Part shown: piece after piece, positions 23,641 through 32,067 of the stretch
How the letters are laid out: every line of letters begins with the position of its first letter
Numbering within the stretch: the stretch's first letter is position 1
IMG/VR virus record: IMGVR_UViG_3300040771_000227
Origin: a virus
Length of the DNA stretch: 35,336 bases
Reading direction: 5' to 3' (one strand)
The notes under the pieces: model-generated
Told to the model about the DNA's origin: nothing
Databases searched by the model: none
Seen by the model: only the letters and a program-made list of their open reading frames with translations
Position numbers and translations under genes: made by a program

Positions 23641-25316
23641 ACGGCCTTAACTACACCGACGCCGAACTTGAAAAAATAATTAACGATGTTTACGGCGGCT
23701 CTATTTCGCGCGACGTTTTGCCTGTTGGTTTATACAACGACATTCGCGCGCGCTTAAATAAAGCCGTTTTTGAAGGTTTCGGCGGAACTTACGCGCAATT
23801 TGACACCTCAACAACTGAAGGCCTTATTATGGCTGGTTTTGAAAAGAATATAGCCGTTTTTTCGGGCGCGAAAACGTTCCAGCAAGTGAACGACATGAGT
23901 AATTTTTTATTTTCAGGAAAAGACAAAATTCCGTTCGGCGAATTTAAAAAGCATGCAAACGAAATACTTGAAACGTATAATAAAAATTGGCTTAATACAG
24001 AATATAACACGGCGTTAAGTCAGGCGATGGCCGGCCGCCAATGGTCCGAAGTTGAAGCACAAAAAGACCTTTTTCCGCTTTTAAAATATTTGACAATAGG
24101 CGACGAACGCGTTCGAAAAAGTCATAAAGACCTTGACGAAGTTGTTTTTGAAGTGGGCGACAATTTTTGGAACAATTATTTTCCGCCTAACGATTGGAAC
24201 TGTCGTTGCACGACTGAACAACTCGAAGAAGGCGAAGAACCGACAACGGACCCGAAGCGAACCTTCGACCCGAACCCCGATTTATTCAAAATGAACGCCG
24301 GAAAAGATAAAATAATATTTCGCGAAGACGTTCACCCTTATTTAAAAGTTGACAAGCGTTATGAAGTCGCGCTTGGTCGGAATTTCGACTTGCCTTTTGT
24401 TCCGCAAGTCAAGACGGTCGCGCCGAAAGTTCCAAGAAAACCAAGGGCGCCGAAAGTTCCGGTTCCGGCGGTTCCTGAAGTGGTTCCAGCTGTCAAAGTA
24501 GAACAAACCGCAAAAGAAGCCGGCGAACGCCTGAAAAACATTCCTGAAATAAAAGAAGCTTTTGAACTTGATCTTAAAATTAAAGCTTCAGGCGAAGTTA
24601 TTAACGAACAAGTTCGCGAACTTAACAAAATGGTTCGTTCAGCAAATAAAACGGAATATTCCGCCAAGCTTGACGCCTATAACGCTGACTTCAAAAAGCG
24701 CGCTGGAATGATTTCAAAAAGAAAGTCGTTACTGAAAAAAGCTGAAGCCGGAATTATTGACGTTCTAAAAGTCGAAGACCATTTTGACGACTTAAATTTT
24801 GTATCTTTAAACGGTTCGCTTGAAGGCCGTCCGAAGCTTGAAGAAACGCTTCAGAAATTCAAAACTTTCTTTTCTAAAAAATGGCAGCCGAAAAACACAA
24901 GCGTTAATATTTATGTCAAGCCAAGAGTTCGCGCCAATTACGTCGGCGGTCGATATAATCGCGTGACGCTTTCGCCTTCAGACGGAACCGAAACAATACT
25001 TCACGAACTTGGACATTTTTTGGAAGGAGACAGCGACGAACTTCATTTTAAAATAATGGATTTTTATAACAGGCGAACCGCAAACGATAAAATTGAAGCA
25101 CTTCGAAACGTTACAGGAAACAAGGCCTACGAATGGCGCGAAGTCACGAAAAAAGACGACTTTTTGAACCCTTATATTGGCAAATATTACAACGAAAAAG
25201 GCGCTTCGGAAATTTTAACTATGTGGTTTACTGAAGTATTCACGAACCCGACGCGCTTGGTCGACAAAGATTTTGATTATTTCGAAACGATTTATAAACT
25301 AATTAGAGAAAAGTAA
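23637..25316 (+). CDS. MuF / SPP1 gp7-family minor head protein with Pro-rich linker and C-terminal HExxH domain
   Basis: TTG start overlapping the portal stop (aTTGA). MuF core: LKYLTIGDERVRKSHKDLDEVVF...PPNDWNCRCT. Linker: PKVPRKPRAPKVPVPAVPEVVPAVK (24421..24500). HELGH at 25002..25016. Confidence 0.8.
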   Translation: MNGLNYTDAELEKIINDVYGGSISRDVLPVGLYNDIRARLNKAVFEGFGGTYAQFDTSTTEGLIMAGFEKNIAVFSGAKTFQQVNDMSNFLFSGKDKIPFGEFKKHANEILETYNKNWLNTEYNTALSQAMAGRQWSEVEAQKDLFPLLKYLTIGDERVRKSHKDLDEVVFEVGDNFWNNYFPPNDWNCRCTTEQLEEGEEPTTDPKRTFDPNPDLFKMNAGKDKIIFREDVHPYLKVDKRYEVALGRNFDLPFVPQVKTVAPKVPRKPRAPKVPVPAVPEVVPAVKVEQTAKEAGERLKNIPEIKEAFELDLKIKASGEVINEQVRELNKMVRSANKTEYSAKLDAYNADFKKRAGMISKRKSLLKKAEAGIIDVLKVEDHFDDLNFVSLNGSLEGRPKLEETLQKFKTFFSKKWQPKNTSVNIYVKPRVRANYVGGRYNRVTLSPSDGTETILHELGHFLEGDSDELHFKIMDFYNRRTANDKIEALRNVTGNKAYEWREVTKKDDFLNPYIGKYYNEKGASEILTMWFTEVFTNPTRLVDKDFDYFETIYKLIREK

Positions 25317-25541
25317 ATGTTAACAGCTGAAACACTTGACGGCCTTAAATTTAAAATTGACGGCGAAAATTTGGAATATCCTGAAGGTTTCGACTTTGTA
25401 AAAACCGCTTTCGATAGCTTCGCGCCAATGCCAAGCGAAGGCGAACCTGAAGCGCTTTTTTATTATACATTTATTGAACCTTTTGGATTTATTTTGAAAG
25501 ATTACAAGCCGGCCGACGAAGAACCAAACGCAATATATTAA
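25317..25541 (+). CDS. Small acidic hypothetical protein (immunity-like position)
   Basis: 74-aa ORF starting on the nucleotide after the MuF stop. Rich in Glu/Asp/Phe/Pro. Confidence 0.55.
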   Translation: MLTAETLDGLKFKIDGENLEYPEGFDFVKTAFDSFAPMPSEGEPEALFYYTFIEPFGFILKDYKPADEEPNAIY

Positions 25542-25543
25542 AA

Positions 25544-25957
25544 ATGGCTTTCAACTTTGAACAAAAAATTCGCGAATTCCAGCTGTCGAAGCGCACTTTG
25601 CCGGCTATAATCGGAAACATGGCCAAGCGTCATTTTGTTGAAGGTTTTCGAAAGGGAGGCTTTACAGATATAACCTTTGACCCTTGGGCCGAACGCAAAA
25701 AGAAGGACAGGGTCGACGGTAACGGAACGAATACGCGCGCTATTTTAGTAAAAAACGGTCATTTGCGGCGAAGTATTCGCGTTCGCGTTGCTACATTCAG
25801 TTTAATTGAAATAGGCGCTTACAACATACCTTATGCAGTTTTTCACAATACCGGCGCCGGAAAAATGCCAAAACGTCAATTTATCGGCGAAAGCGCGACT
25901 TTAAACAGAAAAATTAAAGCGCGAATTAATAAAGAATTTAAAGACATATTAAGATGA
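25544..25957 (+). CDS. Virion morphogenesis protein (Mu gpG-like / HK97 gp10-like)
   Basis: IIGNMAKRHFVEGFRKGGF....PWAERKK....ILVKNGHLRRSI fits the gpG/gp10-type pattern. Position after MuF, as in Mu. Confidence 0.55.
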   Translation: MAFNFEQKIREFQLSKRTLPAIIGNMAKRHFVEGFRKGGFTDITFDPWAERKKKDRVDGNGTNTRAILVKNGHLRRSIRVRVATFSLIEIGAYNIPYAVFHNTGAGKMPKRQFIGESATLNRKIKARINKEFKDILR

Positions 25958-26457
25958 ACCCAAAATTGCAAATATTCGACGCCTTGGCGTTAATGCTGGC
26001 CGAAAAAGTTCCTGAAATAAAAACCTTCAGGCTTTACAATAATCAATTCGTCAAAGAAGGCGTTGAAAAGGCTTTTGCTTTTCCGGCGTTGTTCTTAGAA
26101 TTTTCCGCGCTGGAATATTCCAGCAAAGGCGAAAGCTTGCAAGTCGGCGAAGCTGTCGTTCGCTTTCATTTAGGTTTTGTTTCGTTGAAGACTGAAGACA
26201 GGGCCGTTTTTGAACTTGAAAGTAAATTATACTTTCACCTTCAAGGCTTTAATGTCGCCGGAGTTTCGACGCCTTTGGACCGTAAGCGCGAAGTTCAAGA
26301 CGTAGACCATGGCGCGCTGAATGTATGGCAAATTGAATATAGTACTTTAATCGCTGACAACACGGCGAACCGTAAAAACAAAATGAATTTACTTGTTGGA
26401 ATTCCTTCGCTTGAAGTGAATAAAGAAGTCGAAAGTTATTTCCTGAAACATTCATAA
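25954..26457 (+). CDS. Hypothetical head-tail joining / completion protein
   Basis: 167 aa; ATGA overlap with the upstream gene. Functional call by position only. Confidence 0.4.
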   Translation: MNPKLQIFDALALMLAEKVPEIKTFRLYNNQFVKEGVEKAFAFPALFLEFSALEYSSKGESLQVGEAVVRFHLGFVSLKTEDRAVFELESKLYFHLQGFNVAGVSTPLDRKREVQDVDHGALNVWQIEYSTLIADNTANRKNKMNLLVGIPSLEVNKEVESYFLKHS

Positions 26458-26466
26458 ATTAAGCAT

Positions 26467-26499
26467 AAAAAAAAGGCCTTCAATTACGAAGGCCTTTTT
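26467..26499. terminator. Bidirectional rho-independent terminator
   Basis: A8-ggccttc-aattac-gaaggcc-T5, lying between convergent genes (25954..26457 + and 26565..27074 -). Confidence 0.7.
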
Positions 26500-26564
26500 C
26501 CAATAAATAAAAAAAAATGTTAACAACAAATCAACAGTTTAATAAGGAGTTCCCAAATATACGT

Positions 26565-27074
26565 TTATTTAACTGCTTTTAAAGTTTTGTTTTCGATTAT
26601 TTTTTTATTTGTTAAAGCGTCTAAATTAACGTCATATTTTTCTTTGCGTTCAAGCGCCTTCACGTCATAACTATTTTCTATATTTTGCTTTAGCTTTTCT
26701 TTGTTGATTCTTACAACGTCCATTGTGTTCGTCTCTAAGGTGAAGCCATTCGGTTTCCAATTTACGCGCAAAATAACGAACCCGTTAATCATGTAAATTT
26801 GACGTTTAAAGCGATCATCTATTTTTGAAGTGACAGCTGAAGACTTTAGAAATACTTTTCCGCTTAAAACGTCTTCGGGGTTATAGCCGTTACGCTTTAA
26901 TTCGCTACGAATAGCGTTATTAATTAATTCAAGCGAATTCTGAACAAAAGCTATTGCTTGTTGTTCGACCGAAATAAGATCAGCGTAATTTTTTTTGGCT
27001 TTTTTAAAGTTTGCTAATTGGAACAACGGCGCGAACCCAAAACGCGCAAAAATAGAGTTAATAATATTTTTCAT
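26565..27074 (-). CDS. Hypothetical protein of the reverse-strand cassette (169 aa)
   Basis: The ATG at 27074 (MKNIINSIFARF...) overlaps the stop of the upstream 55-aa ORF (TAATG). No recognisable family. Confidence 0.6.
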   Translation of the reverse strand: MKNIINSIFARFGFAPLFQLANFKKAKKNYADLISVEQQAIAFVQNSLELINNAIRSELKRNGYNPEDVLSGKVFLKSSAVTSKIDDRFKRQIYMINGFVILRVNWKPNGFTLETNTMDVVRINKEKLKQNIENSYDVKALERKEKYDVNLDALTNKKIIENKTLKAVK

Positions 27075-27241
27075 TAGTTTTTTTGTTTTGCGAAGTCTTT
27101 CCAAATCGTTTCTTCAGACAGGAAAAGTTTTTTAGCTAGTTGACGAACTACGTCGGTAGTGTTCAGGCTTTTATGTCGGCCGTTAACTTGGTCTTTTATG
27201 TACTTTTCGCGGTCTTTTACTGTGTTTTGGTTCTTCTTCAT
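27074..27241 (-). CDS. Small helix-turn-helix-like protein (55 aa), not in the ORF track
   Basis: Hand translation: MKKNQNTVKDREKYIKDQVNGRHKSLNTTDVVRQLAKKLFLSEETIWKDFAKQKN. The segment TTDVVRQLAKKLFLSEETIWKDF looks like an HTH. Translationally coupled to the downstream ORF. Confidence 0.5.
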   Translation of the reverse strand: MKKNQNTVKDREKYIKDQVNGRHKSLNTTDVVRQLAKKLFLSEETIWKDFAKQKN

Positions 27242-27317
27242 TAGTTTATTACTGTAAAGACAAATTAAAAGCTTTAAAACGAATAAAACAAGCCTTTTTT
27301 TCTGTTAATATTGTGAC

Positions 27318-28499
27318 ATGAAACACAAGTATATAAACGAATTCGACCAAGACGCGCAAAAAGCGGAAATGTTCATATATAAGGAAATTTCTGAAGTTGG
27401 CGTAAACGGCGCGCTTTTCGCCGAAGAAATGCGGTGGCTTGTGGCGAACGGCGTCAAGACTATCGAAATAAAATTTAATTCCGTAGGCGGCGACGTAATT
27501 CACGCACAAAGCATAATTTCCGAAATAATTGACGCGCCGAAAAAAGGCGTTACTGTGAAGGGTTATTTAAATGGCCTTGGCGCTTCGTCGGCTGGCGTTA
27601 TTTGGCTGGCTATTGAGGCCGAAAATCGTTTTGCGAAAGATTACGCGCGTTTAATGATTCACGGCGTTTCTTTAAGAGACGAAAAAAACGTTTCCGAAAA
27701 CGACCTTAACAGCTTGAACCAATTTAAAGCGACCTCAATTCAAATTTTAAGCAACAGGACCGGAAAAAAAGAAGCTTTTTTCGAAACGTTGTTTTCGAAC
27801 GGCTTGGATAATTGGTACAACACAAAAGAAATGATTAAGAATGGCCTTTTATTAGCTTCTAACGTGGAAAATACAAACGTTAAAGTAAATATAACCGATA
27901 AAGAACAAACGGCCGGCGTCGCGGTGGTTTACAATATTTTAAATTCGACGCTAAACGAAAACATTAACAAAAACACTATTAAAATGAAAAACGTTATCGC
28001 ACGTTTAAAGCTTCAAGAAGGCGTTTCTGAAGAAGTGATTGACAAAGCAATTGAAGGAATTCAAAACAGCTTAACAACCGCTTCAGAATTGGCCGGAAAC
28101 CAAGCTTTAGAAATTGCTAAACTTAAAAATAAGTTAGCGGAACAACAAACGACAATCGACGCGACCAATAAGACGGCGACTGTCGCGTTCGTTGAAAATT
28201 GCATCAAAGAAGGAAAAATTGACCCTTCGAAAAAAGAAGCCGTTATTGCTTCAGCTGAAAAAGACCTTCAGGGATTCATCAATTTAATGACAGCGGTTCA
28301 AAGCAAGCCGGCCGACATTAGAAACGCCTTTAGAAACGACAACGGCCAAGCGCCAGCGAACGAAGAAAAAAGAACCTTTAGACAATTAGAACGCGAAGCG
28401 CCGCAAGTGCTAAACGCTTTAAAAGTAAATAACAAAAGCGCTTACGTTGCTTTATATAATGCGGAATACAAAACTAACAAGACTGAAGCGGACCTTTAG
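27318..28499 (+). CDS. Prohead protease (ClpP/S14-like) fused to a scaffold-like coiled-coil C-terminus
   Basis: IKFNSVGGDVIHAQSIISEI, GLGASSAGVIWLA (Ser nucleophile context), ARLMIHGVS (His). The C-terminal ~180 aa are Ala/Glu/Lys/Asn-rich coiled-coil, as in Mu gpI-type protease-scaffold proteins. Confidence 0.8.
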   Translation: MKHKYINEFDQDAQKAEMFIYKEISEVGVNGALFAEEMRWLVANGVKTIEIKFNSVGGDVIHAQSIISEIIDAPKKGVTVKGYLNGLGASSAGVIWLAIEAENRFAKDYARLMIHGVSLRDEKNVSENDLNSLNQFKATSIQILSNRTGKKEAFFETLFSNGLDNWYNTKEMIKNGLLLASNVENTNVKVNITDKEQTAGVAVVYNILNSTLNENINKNTIKMKNVIARLKLQEGVSEEVIDKAIEGIQNSLTTASELAGNQALEIAKLKNKLAEQQTTIDATNKTATVAFVENCIKEGKIDPSKKEAVIASAEKDLQGFINLMTAVQSKPADIRNAFRNDNGQAPANEEKRTFRQLEREAPQVLNALKVNNKSAYVALYNAEYKTNKTEADL

Positions 28500-28536
28500 A
28501 AGTTCGCCGAAGTACAAACTTTAAAATTTAAACAAA

Positions 28537-29616
28537 ATGAAAAACAGAATTTCACTTAAACGCGTAGCGATTAACGTCTTTTTAGCTTTGGCTATTGGCG
28601 TAATGCTTAACAGCGTTATTATTGGCGCCGGCGTCTTCTTAATTGGAACCGGAACACAATTATTATTTAAAAAATCCTTCACGGCTGGAAGTTTTGCTTT
28701 TGCGCTTCAAACTGAAGTTTGGATTGCGGACATTCAAGAAAAACTTTTTTACGGAAACGAATTTTTGTTTTTGGCGCAAGATCATTCCGAATTTATTAAT
28801 AACAAAACGGTCCACGTTCCGCAAGCTGGCGCGTCGCCGAATGTAGTTAAAAATAGAACTGTCGTTAATACGGACCCGATTCAAAGAGTTGATACAGAAA
28901 TAACATACGATTTGGATAACTATACAACAGATCCGATTTTAGTTAAAAGTATTGACGACTTACAAGTTAGTTATGCAAAACGTCAGTCGGTTTTGTCTTC
29001 ACATATTGCGACGTTAAGCGACGTTATAGCGACCTCAACACTTCAAAAATGGGCGGTTTCTGTTTCAGCTACGCATGTAATTAGAACGACAGGAGCGAAC
29101 ACCGGAACTTTACCGAACGCGACAGCGACCGGAACACGCTTAAAGACAACAAAAGAAGACGTCGCACGCGCCGCGGCTAGAATGGATTTGGACAAAATTC
29201 CAGCAAAAGAAAGATACTTAGTAATGCCGGCGGTTATGTTTTACGACTTGTTTACTGATAGCGATTTAGTACGCACACGCGCCCAAATCGGCGCTGACAT
29301 GCTCGCAAAAGGGGTTATTGCTGAATTATACGGCTTTAATATTATTAAGCGCGGCGAAGTAGTGAAATACACTTCAGCTGGCACGAATACGCTTATCGCT
29401 TCAGAAACGGCCGACGCTGTAACTGATTGCGCCGGAGCCGTAGGATTTAGCCGTTATATGACGTCGCAAGCTTTGGGCGCTATTCAGGTTTACACGCTAG
29501 AAGGCGACCCGACAAAATACGGAGACGTTTTTAGCGCTGAAGTTAACCACGGCGCACACTTTTTAAGACCGAACAACATCGGACGTATTTCGATAGCGCA
29601 AGGAGTTGGCGTTTAA
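28537..29616 (+). CDS. Major capsid protein (putative)
   Basis: 359 aa directly after the protease/scaffold gene and followed by a strong terminator. The block ALQTEVWIADIQEKLF...VHVPQAG is reminiscent of phage major capsid proteins. Has an unusual hydrophobic N-terminal ~45 aa. Confidence 0.65.
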   Translation: MKNRISLKRVAINVFLALAIGVMLNSVIIGAGVFLIGTGTQLLFKKSFTAGSFAFALQTEVWIADIQEKLFYGNEFLFLAQDHSEFINNKTVHVPQAGASPNVVKNRTVVNTDPIQRVDTEITYDLDNYTTDPILVKSIDDLQVSYAKRQSVLSSHIATLSDVIATSTLQKWAVSVSATHVIRTTGANTGTLPNATATGTRLKTTKEDVARAAARMDLDKIPAKERYLVMPAVMFYDLFTDSDLVRTRAQIGADMLAKGVIAELYGFNIIKRGEVVKYTSAGTNTLIASETADAVTDCAGAVGFSRYMTSQALGAIQVYTLEGDPTKYGDVFSAEVNHGAHFLRPNNIGRISIAQGVGV

Positions 29617-29640
29617 TTCCTAAAATAAATAAATATTAAA

Positions 29641-29673
29641 AAGGCGACGCGTTATTTCGTCGCCTTTTTTTTT
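29641..29673 (+). terminator. Rho-independent terminator after the capsid gene
   Basis: 9-bp stem aaggcgacg/cgtcgcctt with an 8-nt loop, followed by a 9-T run. Confidence 0.75.
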
Positions 29674-29693
29674 AACTTTTAAAAAATAAAATT

Positions 29694-30869
29694 ATGAATG
29701 ATGTTATTTTTAACCGTGGCGAAGGCGGTCTTGGACGCGCTTTGGCTGGTGAAGATCATATTTCGGGCCTTTTGGCTTTTTTATTAGCGGCGGACTTGCC
29801 AGCGGCTTTTTCCACTAATAAAATACAAGTTATTTATTCTATCGAAGAAGCTGAAGCGCTTGGAATCACAAAATTAGCGGCTTCACCTGAAGCTGTAAAA
29901 AAACTTCATTATCAAATAAATTCGATATTTGAAGTGAATAAAAAGGCGGTTATTTATTTGGGAATTTATACGCGCGTAGCTTTAACGGCGCCGGATTACG
30001 CGAAAGTGCTAGATATTCAGCGTTTCGCCGAAGGTAAAGTTCGACAAATCGGAGTTTTAAACGAAGAAATTGCTTTCGCCGGTTCTGTCGTTACTGCTTT
30101 GCAAGCGCAAGCCGACATACTAGAAGCGGAGCATAAACCATTAAGTATTGTTTACGCTGGGAATATGTCAACTTTTGCCGTTCTTGCTACTTTGCCGGAT
30201 TTACGCGTTTTAGACGCAAAAAACGTTTCTGTTGTTGTTGGTCGAGACGGCGCCGGACTTGGTTCGTCTATAAATACTTCAATTTTAGGTTTAACAATTG
30301 GAGCGCTTTCGCTCGCAAAAGTTAACGAAAACATAGCTTGGGTTTCTCGTTTCAATATAGCCAAAAACGCGACAAACGAATTCGACGTTCCGGCCCTTAC
30401 GACAGACGGAACACTTTTAAAAATGTTAAGCGCTGGCGCGGTCCAATCATTAACCGATAAAGGTTATATTTTCTTAAAAAAACACGTTGGAGCCGCCGGA
30501 ACTTATTTTGACGATACACCAACAGCGACAGCCGTAACGTCCGACTATGCTTTTATAGAAAATAACCGAACAATCGATAAAGCCGTTAGAATTTGTCGGA
30601 ATTTTCTTTTGCCTTCGTTAAACGCGCCGCTTTACGTTTTTGATAACGGACTGCTAGCCGAAGACACTATTGCAAGCTTTAGAAACGACGCGCGCCGCGG
30701 TCTTGAAGGAATGCAAAAAGACGGCGAAATTTCGACGTTTGAAGTAATAATAGACCCGTCTCAAAACGTTTTAAGTTCTTCAAAAATCGTTTTGACTTTA
30801 AAAATTGTTCCTGTTGGAGTTGCGCGAAAAATAGAAGTAAACATTGGCTTTGCCGTTAAAATATCTTAA
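29694..30869 (+). CDS. Tail sheath protein (putative)
   Basis: 391 aa followed by a tube-sized ORF, a chaperone with a frameshift site and the tape measure. This is the canonical contractile-tail order. No catalytic motif to verify. Confidence 0.55.
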   Translation: MNDVIFNRGEGGLGRALAGEDHISGLLAFLLAADLPAAFSTNKIQVIYSIEEAEALGITKLAASPEAVKKLHYQINSIFEVNKKAVIYLGIYTRVALTAPDYAKVLDIQRFAEGKVRQIGVLNEEIAFAGSVVTALQAQADILEAEHKPLSIVYAGNMSTFAVLATLPDLRVLDAKNVSVVVGRDGAGLGSSINTSILGLTIGALSLAKVNENIAWVSRFNIAKNATNEFDVPALTTDGTLLKMLSAGAVQSLTDKGYIFLKKHVGAAGTYFDDTPTATAVTSDYAFIENNRTIDKAVRICRNFLLPSLNAPLYVFDNGLLAEDTIASFRNDARRGLEGMQKDGEISTFEVIIDPSQNVLSSSKIVLTLKIVPVGVARKIEVNIGFAVKIS

Positions 30870-30871
30870 AA

Positions 30872-31291
30872 ATGGAAAACATACCTTTAATTAACGGGCG
30901 CGCGTATTCTTACGTCGACGTTATTGTAAAAATTGCCGGAGTTCCGGCGCCTTCTTGTATGAAAATTAATTATACCGAAGAACAGGAAAAAACGAACAAT
31001 TATGGAACCGGTTCGCGTCCGACATCGAGGGGCGCCGGAAAAATTGAAGCAAAGGCTTCTATTGAGCTTTCAATGAACGACGTCGAAGCAATTCGAGACG
31101 TCGCGCCTTTGGGTTCGTTGCTAGCTTTGCCAGCCTTCGACATTGAAGTTCATTTTTTAAACCTTCAAAAAGTCGTTACGCACGTAATAAAAAATTGTGA
31201 GTTCACAAGTGACGGAAACGAAGCCGGAGTTGGTGACACGGATATAAAATTTAGTTTTGATTTAATTCCGTCGCATATTCTTTACAGATAA
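30872..31291 (+). CDS. Tail tube protein (putative)
   Basis: 139 aa immediately after the sheath-like gene. Call by position and size. Confidence 0.5.
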   Translation: MENIPLINGRAYSYVDVIVKIAGVPAPSCMKINYTEEQEKTNNYGTGSRPTSRGAGKIEAKASIELSMNDVEAIRDVAPLGSLLALPAFDIEVHFLNLQKVVTHVIKNCEFTSDGNEAGVGDTDIKFSFDLIPSHILYR

Positions 31292-31330
31292 GAAAAAAGT
31301 CGTATTTTTAGCAAAAATTAAACAAGAAAA

Positions 31331-31882
31331 ATGAGCGCTAAAAATTCACAAATTGAAAAAAAAATTCGTTACGAAATAGAAGTTGAAGGCGCGGTTGGAA
31401 AACTCGCGCCTTTGTCGTTTCATGTAGCCGAAGCCTGTCTTGGCTTTACTTTTACGCAATTTCCAAAAATGATACAAGCCGGCGAAATACTTTTAAATTC
31501 GCTTTTCGTTTCCGGTGACAAAAAATACACAACAGAAAAAAACAGCGCCTTTTTTACGCGCGCATGTCTCGAAGCTTATAAAATAATTGAATTACTTTCT
31601 TACGAAGTTGACGGCGACAAAATAACCGTCGAAACTGAAGGGAAAAAATATAGTTGTACGCTTAAAAAAGACATCGACAGGGGCGTTTTAGAAAACGCGC
31701 TTGGTTTAATACGTCCAAACTTCGGCGCGCCGTTTCCGTTAACGGCCGGAAAAATGATTTTAGAAAATTGTTGGCTTGAAGGCGACGAAGAAATAAAAAC
31801 GAACCATGAACTTTTAGTTCCGGCCTGTCTTGCGGCTTATTATAGAATCGAAGCAAAAGAAACAAGCTTAAAAAAGCTATAA
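31331..31882 (+). CDS. Tail assembly chaperone (gpG/gpE analogue), zero-frame product
   Basis: 183 aa between the tube and tape-measure genes. Ends 6 nt after an A_AAA_AAG slippery heptamer. Confidence 0.65.
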   Translation: MSAKNSQIEKKIRYEIEVEGAVGKLAPLSFHVAEACLGFTFTQFPKMIQAGEILLNSLFVSGDKKYTTEKNSAFFTRACLEAYKIIELLSYEVDGDKITVETEGKKYSCTLKKDIDRGVLENALGLIRPNFGAPFPLTAGKMILENCWLEGDEEIKTNHELLVPACLAAYYRIEAKETSLKKL

Positions 31883-32064
31883 GTCAGCACGCAATAATTG
31901 ACCCTGACAACGACGAAGTTTTTGAAGTTAGGAAAATGAGCGCTTTAATTCGGTTCTACTTTAAAGAAGACCCGAACGCGTTGACTGACTTGGAATTTGC
32001 AAAGCGCTGGAACGACTTAAAATTTGCGTTGCATTTTGAAAGTAAACGAAAATCAATTTTTTAA
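31331..32064 (+). CDS. Tail assembly chaperone, -1 frameshift fusion product (gpGT/gpE+E' analogue)
   Basis: After slippage at 31870..31876 the -1 frame gives AISQHAIIDPDNDEVFEVRKMSALIRFYFKEDPNALTDLEFAKRWNDLKFALHFESKRKSIF. It stops 3 nt before the tape-measure ATG. Confidence 0.5.
31870..31876 (+). promoter_or_regulatory. -1 programmed ribosomal frameshift slippery heptamer A_AAA_AAG
   Basis: The zero frame reads tta aaa aag cta taa. The heptamer is correctly phased (X_XXY_YYZ) and the -1 frame is open for 62 further codons up to 32064. Confidence 0.6.
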
Positions 32065-32067
32065 ATT

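Noticed and set aside
27075-27104. Track start (MERLRKTKKL) for the 179-aa minus-strand ORF
   Set aside because: These codons overlap the 3' end of the 55-aa HTH-like ORF in a different frame. The TAATG junction at 27072..27076 supports a start at 27074.
27242-27317. Possible -7 boxes for the divergent cassette/protease promoters (TTAATTTG on the minus strand, TAATATTG on the plus strand)
   Set aside because: Both deviate from TAnnTTTG by one position, and the plus-strand one ends only 5 nt before the ATG. This is too weak to annotate as a feature, although promoters must exist somewhere in or near this gap.
28643-28884. Short ORFs (+67 aa, -73 aa) overlapping the 5' part of the capsid gene
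   Set aside because: They lie within the longer capsid ORF, have low-complexity basic translations, and have no independent signals.
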